Positions 61,956 through 64,000 of a stretch of DNA of 64,000 bases are shown piece by piece. The DNA is from Klebsormidium nitens (lineage: Eukaryota; Plantae; Klebsormidiophyceae): the NCBI GenBank assembly GCA_000708835.1, contig DF237298.1, forward strand, positions 33,616 through 97,615, written 5' to 3'. The position numbers and the translations under genes are program-made. Below the pieces are notes generated by a model. The model was not told where the DNA came from. It saw only the letters and a program-made list of their open reading frames with translations, and did not search any database. The first letter of the stretch is position 1, and every line of letters begins with the position of its first letter.

Positions 61956-63473
61956 TCAAAGCTCTTGTCTGCCTACTTCCTTCGGTAGCTTTGTGTCCCT
62001 AGACCCAAAAGCCAGGCTTTCCATTTTTTGCTGAATCCAGGACCGTAAGTGGGAGGTATTGTTAGTGACAGTTGCACGAGCTACAGGCTGCAGGAAATTG
62101 GCCCAAGTATCGCTGACTTCAGGGTGCGACTGTACTGTCAATCTTTCTAACGTGTTAAAATTTTCTTGTGGTGGCTTTGAGAATGAAGGCAGGCTGAGTA
62201 ACGTCTCAACCAGAACCAAAGCCGCAAGAACAGTGCCCTTTGCACTTGGATGATAGTCATCCTCTACATAAAGTGCTTTAAAGGTGCCAGTCCAACCATA
62301 AAAGGGACTTTCTGACACAACACTACCAGAGTCAGCCCTTCCCCCCTCCATGGTGTCATAAATGAGGTTCCAAGCCTTGCCCGCAGGCGCGATCACGACG
62401 ATGCTTCCCGGCACCGCTTTTTCAATCTCAGTCTTGTACATCTCATACCCCGTGATCAGCAGACGCTGCATGGTTGGGTAGTCTGGAAAGAGCTGCGTAA
62501 AGAAAGCATTGCTGCGGTCATAGTTCCCCTCCCTGTGGGCCCAGGTCTGAAGTAGCACTACGGTGGCGCCCTTTTTCGTGGCTATGGCAGCTAGTTGCAG
62601 GAGCGCTTCCTTGCTACTCTCCCACAGCCCTGTGTACTGGAACGTCCCTGGGATCTGGCTCTGATCCTGCACAATTTACGGACAAAACGGTTGAGTGTTC
62701 CAAGGTTCAGGACATCACCCCATGTCCAGATTGCAGCTGGAGTTTTAGATACAGAGGAGCCGCTAGAAATTTTCTAGGAGGAGATGGACTCGTACATTCA
62801 TTAGCAAGAACGATAATCTCTTTAGAGAGTTCTGACCCCTGCTAAAGATCGGATCAGGAAGGTGTTGTTACTCTCGAAATTGGTTGTACATAAGTCACAA
62901 CCACACGCCACTGAGTTGGGGGAAATCCCTTGAGCAAACTCGAAGAATGGAAGAAGAACTTCAACTTGGCAGGACTTGGAATTATGAAAGGAGCTGATTC
63001 TGTTCGAGCTTTAAAATTGCGTTTACTTACATACAACTTGAAAAGCTCGGCACTGCTGCAGAAGAACGTCTTACCTGCAGTATGACATAGTCCCATCTCT
63101 GCTCGCTTTGACTGCCCTCTCCAAGTAGACTGTACAGCTCCTCCTCTGAGTTCTCCAGATCTTTCAAATGTTGGACGAAGCTGTAGCCCCCTTTCGCTAC
63201 TCTTTTCGCCTCAACTACGATCCCCCTGCTGCGCATGAACAATGTGAAGACCTTATCCAGGTCGTTTGCATACGTGAAGGAGTTGCCTACGAAGAGCACC
63301 CGCAGGCTGCTGCTACTGCTCTCCATGTTCTGCAGCTCGACCCCGGTTGCTGAAGCTCCACACCGGCTATGGACAAGAAGAAATATCGTGGAGAGGACGA
63401 CAAAAGGATAATGAAGTCCTTTCTGGCAGAAACTCTTTGTTTGAGGGGGATTGGAGAAGGACCTCAATTCCAT
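61956..63473 (-). CDS. SGNH/GDSL-type hydrolase of bacterial type with a possible N-terminal signal or anchor segment, about 369 aa
   Basis: 2 exons, 63473-63075 and 62666-61956, joined in phase 0 (WDYVILQ|DQSQIP). Block I RVLFVGNSFTYANDL, GGYSFVQH, QTWA, IAPAGKAW, block V LYVEDDYHPSAKGTVLAA. The start codon is uncertain. Confidence 0.82.
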
Positions 63474-64000
63474 GGATCACTTTCAGAGCCGCCACCATCA
63501 TGTCAATGGAGGACTAAATAGATTTTTATCAAGACCTTGCAGTGTTGCAGGTTTACAAGTTCTTGGAAAGCCTCCCTCAACATGTCATGGACCAGCTAGG
63601 GCGCTGGCAAAAATAAAACCTTGTGCTGTGCCTATGTTGACCAGCGTTTCTCTGATGAAAAGTGAAATATATGTTGAGTATGTCGAGGTGTAAATGAGAA
63701 TATAAGATGGCAGCGAAAAATGGACAGGTTAAGTGTATATCAACCATCATATTCGCTCTACGGGTCAATATCACCGTTTCTACTGATCCAAACGCGTATG
63801 CGGGCATATTTCAATAGGTCATTCGGGTAGGTATGCGTTGCAATTTCAACTCTTTCAACCGTCAAACCGTGCATGATCATCAAATATTATATGAATTTTC
63901 TGATAAAAACATCTATATCCTGACAGTTGAAAGCTTGGACGACCTGGGACGACCAGCAGTCTTCGGACGCGATAACATTTTGGTACTGCAGCCGGTAGCG

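Overview
Eukaryotic nuclear DNA with GT-AG introns and GC3-rich exons. It is probably a streptophyte alga such as Klebsormidium; this is inferred from a plant-type ARP7, a plant-type hnRNP-Q and a hybrid histidine kinase. Seven intron-containing genes were rebuilt by hand with consistent splice phases, and they alternate strictly in orientation: DNA polymerase alpha catalytic subunit (-, runs off the window start), a 3-RRM hnRNP Q/R-like protein (+), a soluble coiled-coil hybrid histidine kinase (-), a 21-exon signal-peptide-bearing acetamidase/formamidase-family gene that the ORF track almost entirely misses (+), CDC45 (-), ARP7 (+) and a bacterial-type SGNH hydrolase (-). The most striking unexplained structure is in the introns of the first three genes. 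They carry same-orientation tandem copies, mostly spaced about 120-190 bp apart, of the neighbouring exon edge together with its splice site. Copies upstream of an exon carry acceptor plus exon start; copies downstream carry exon end plus donor. Many keep AG/GT intact, some introns consist almost wholly of them, and one set differs from the real exon only at synonymous sites. There is one assembly gap. No RNA genes, CRISPR arrays or intact transposons were recognised.
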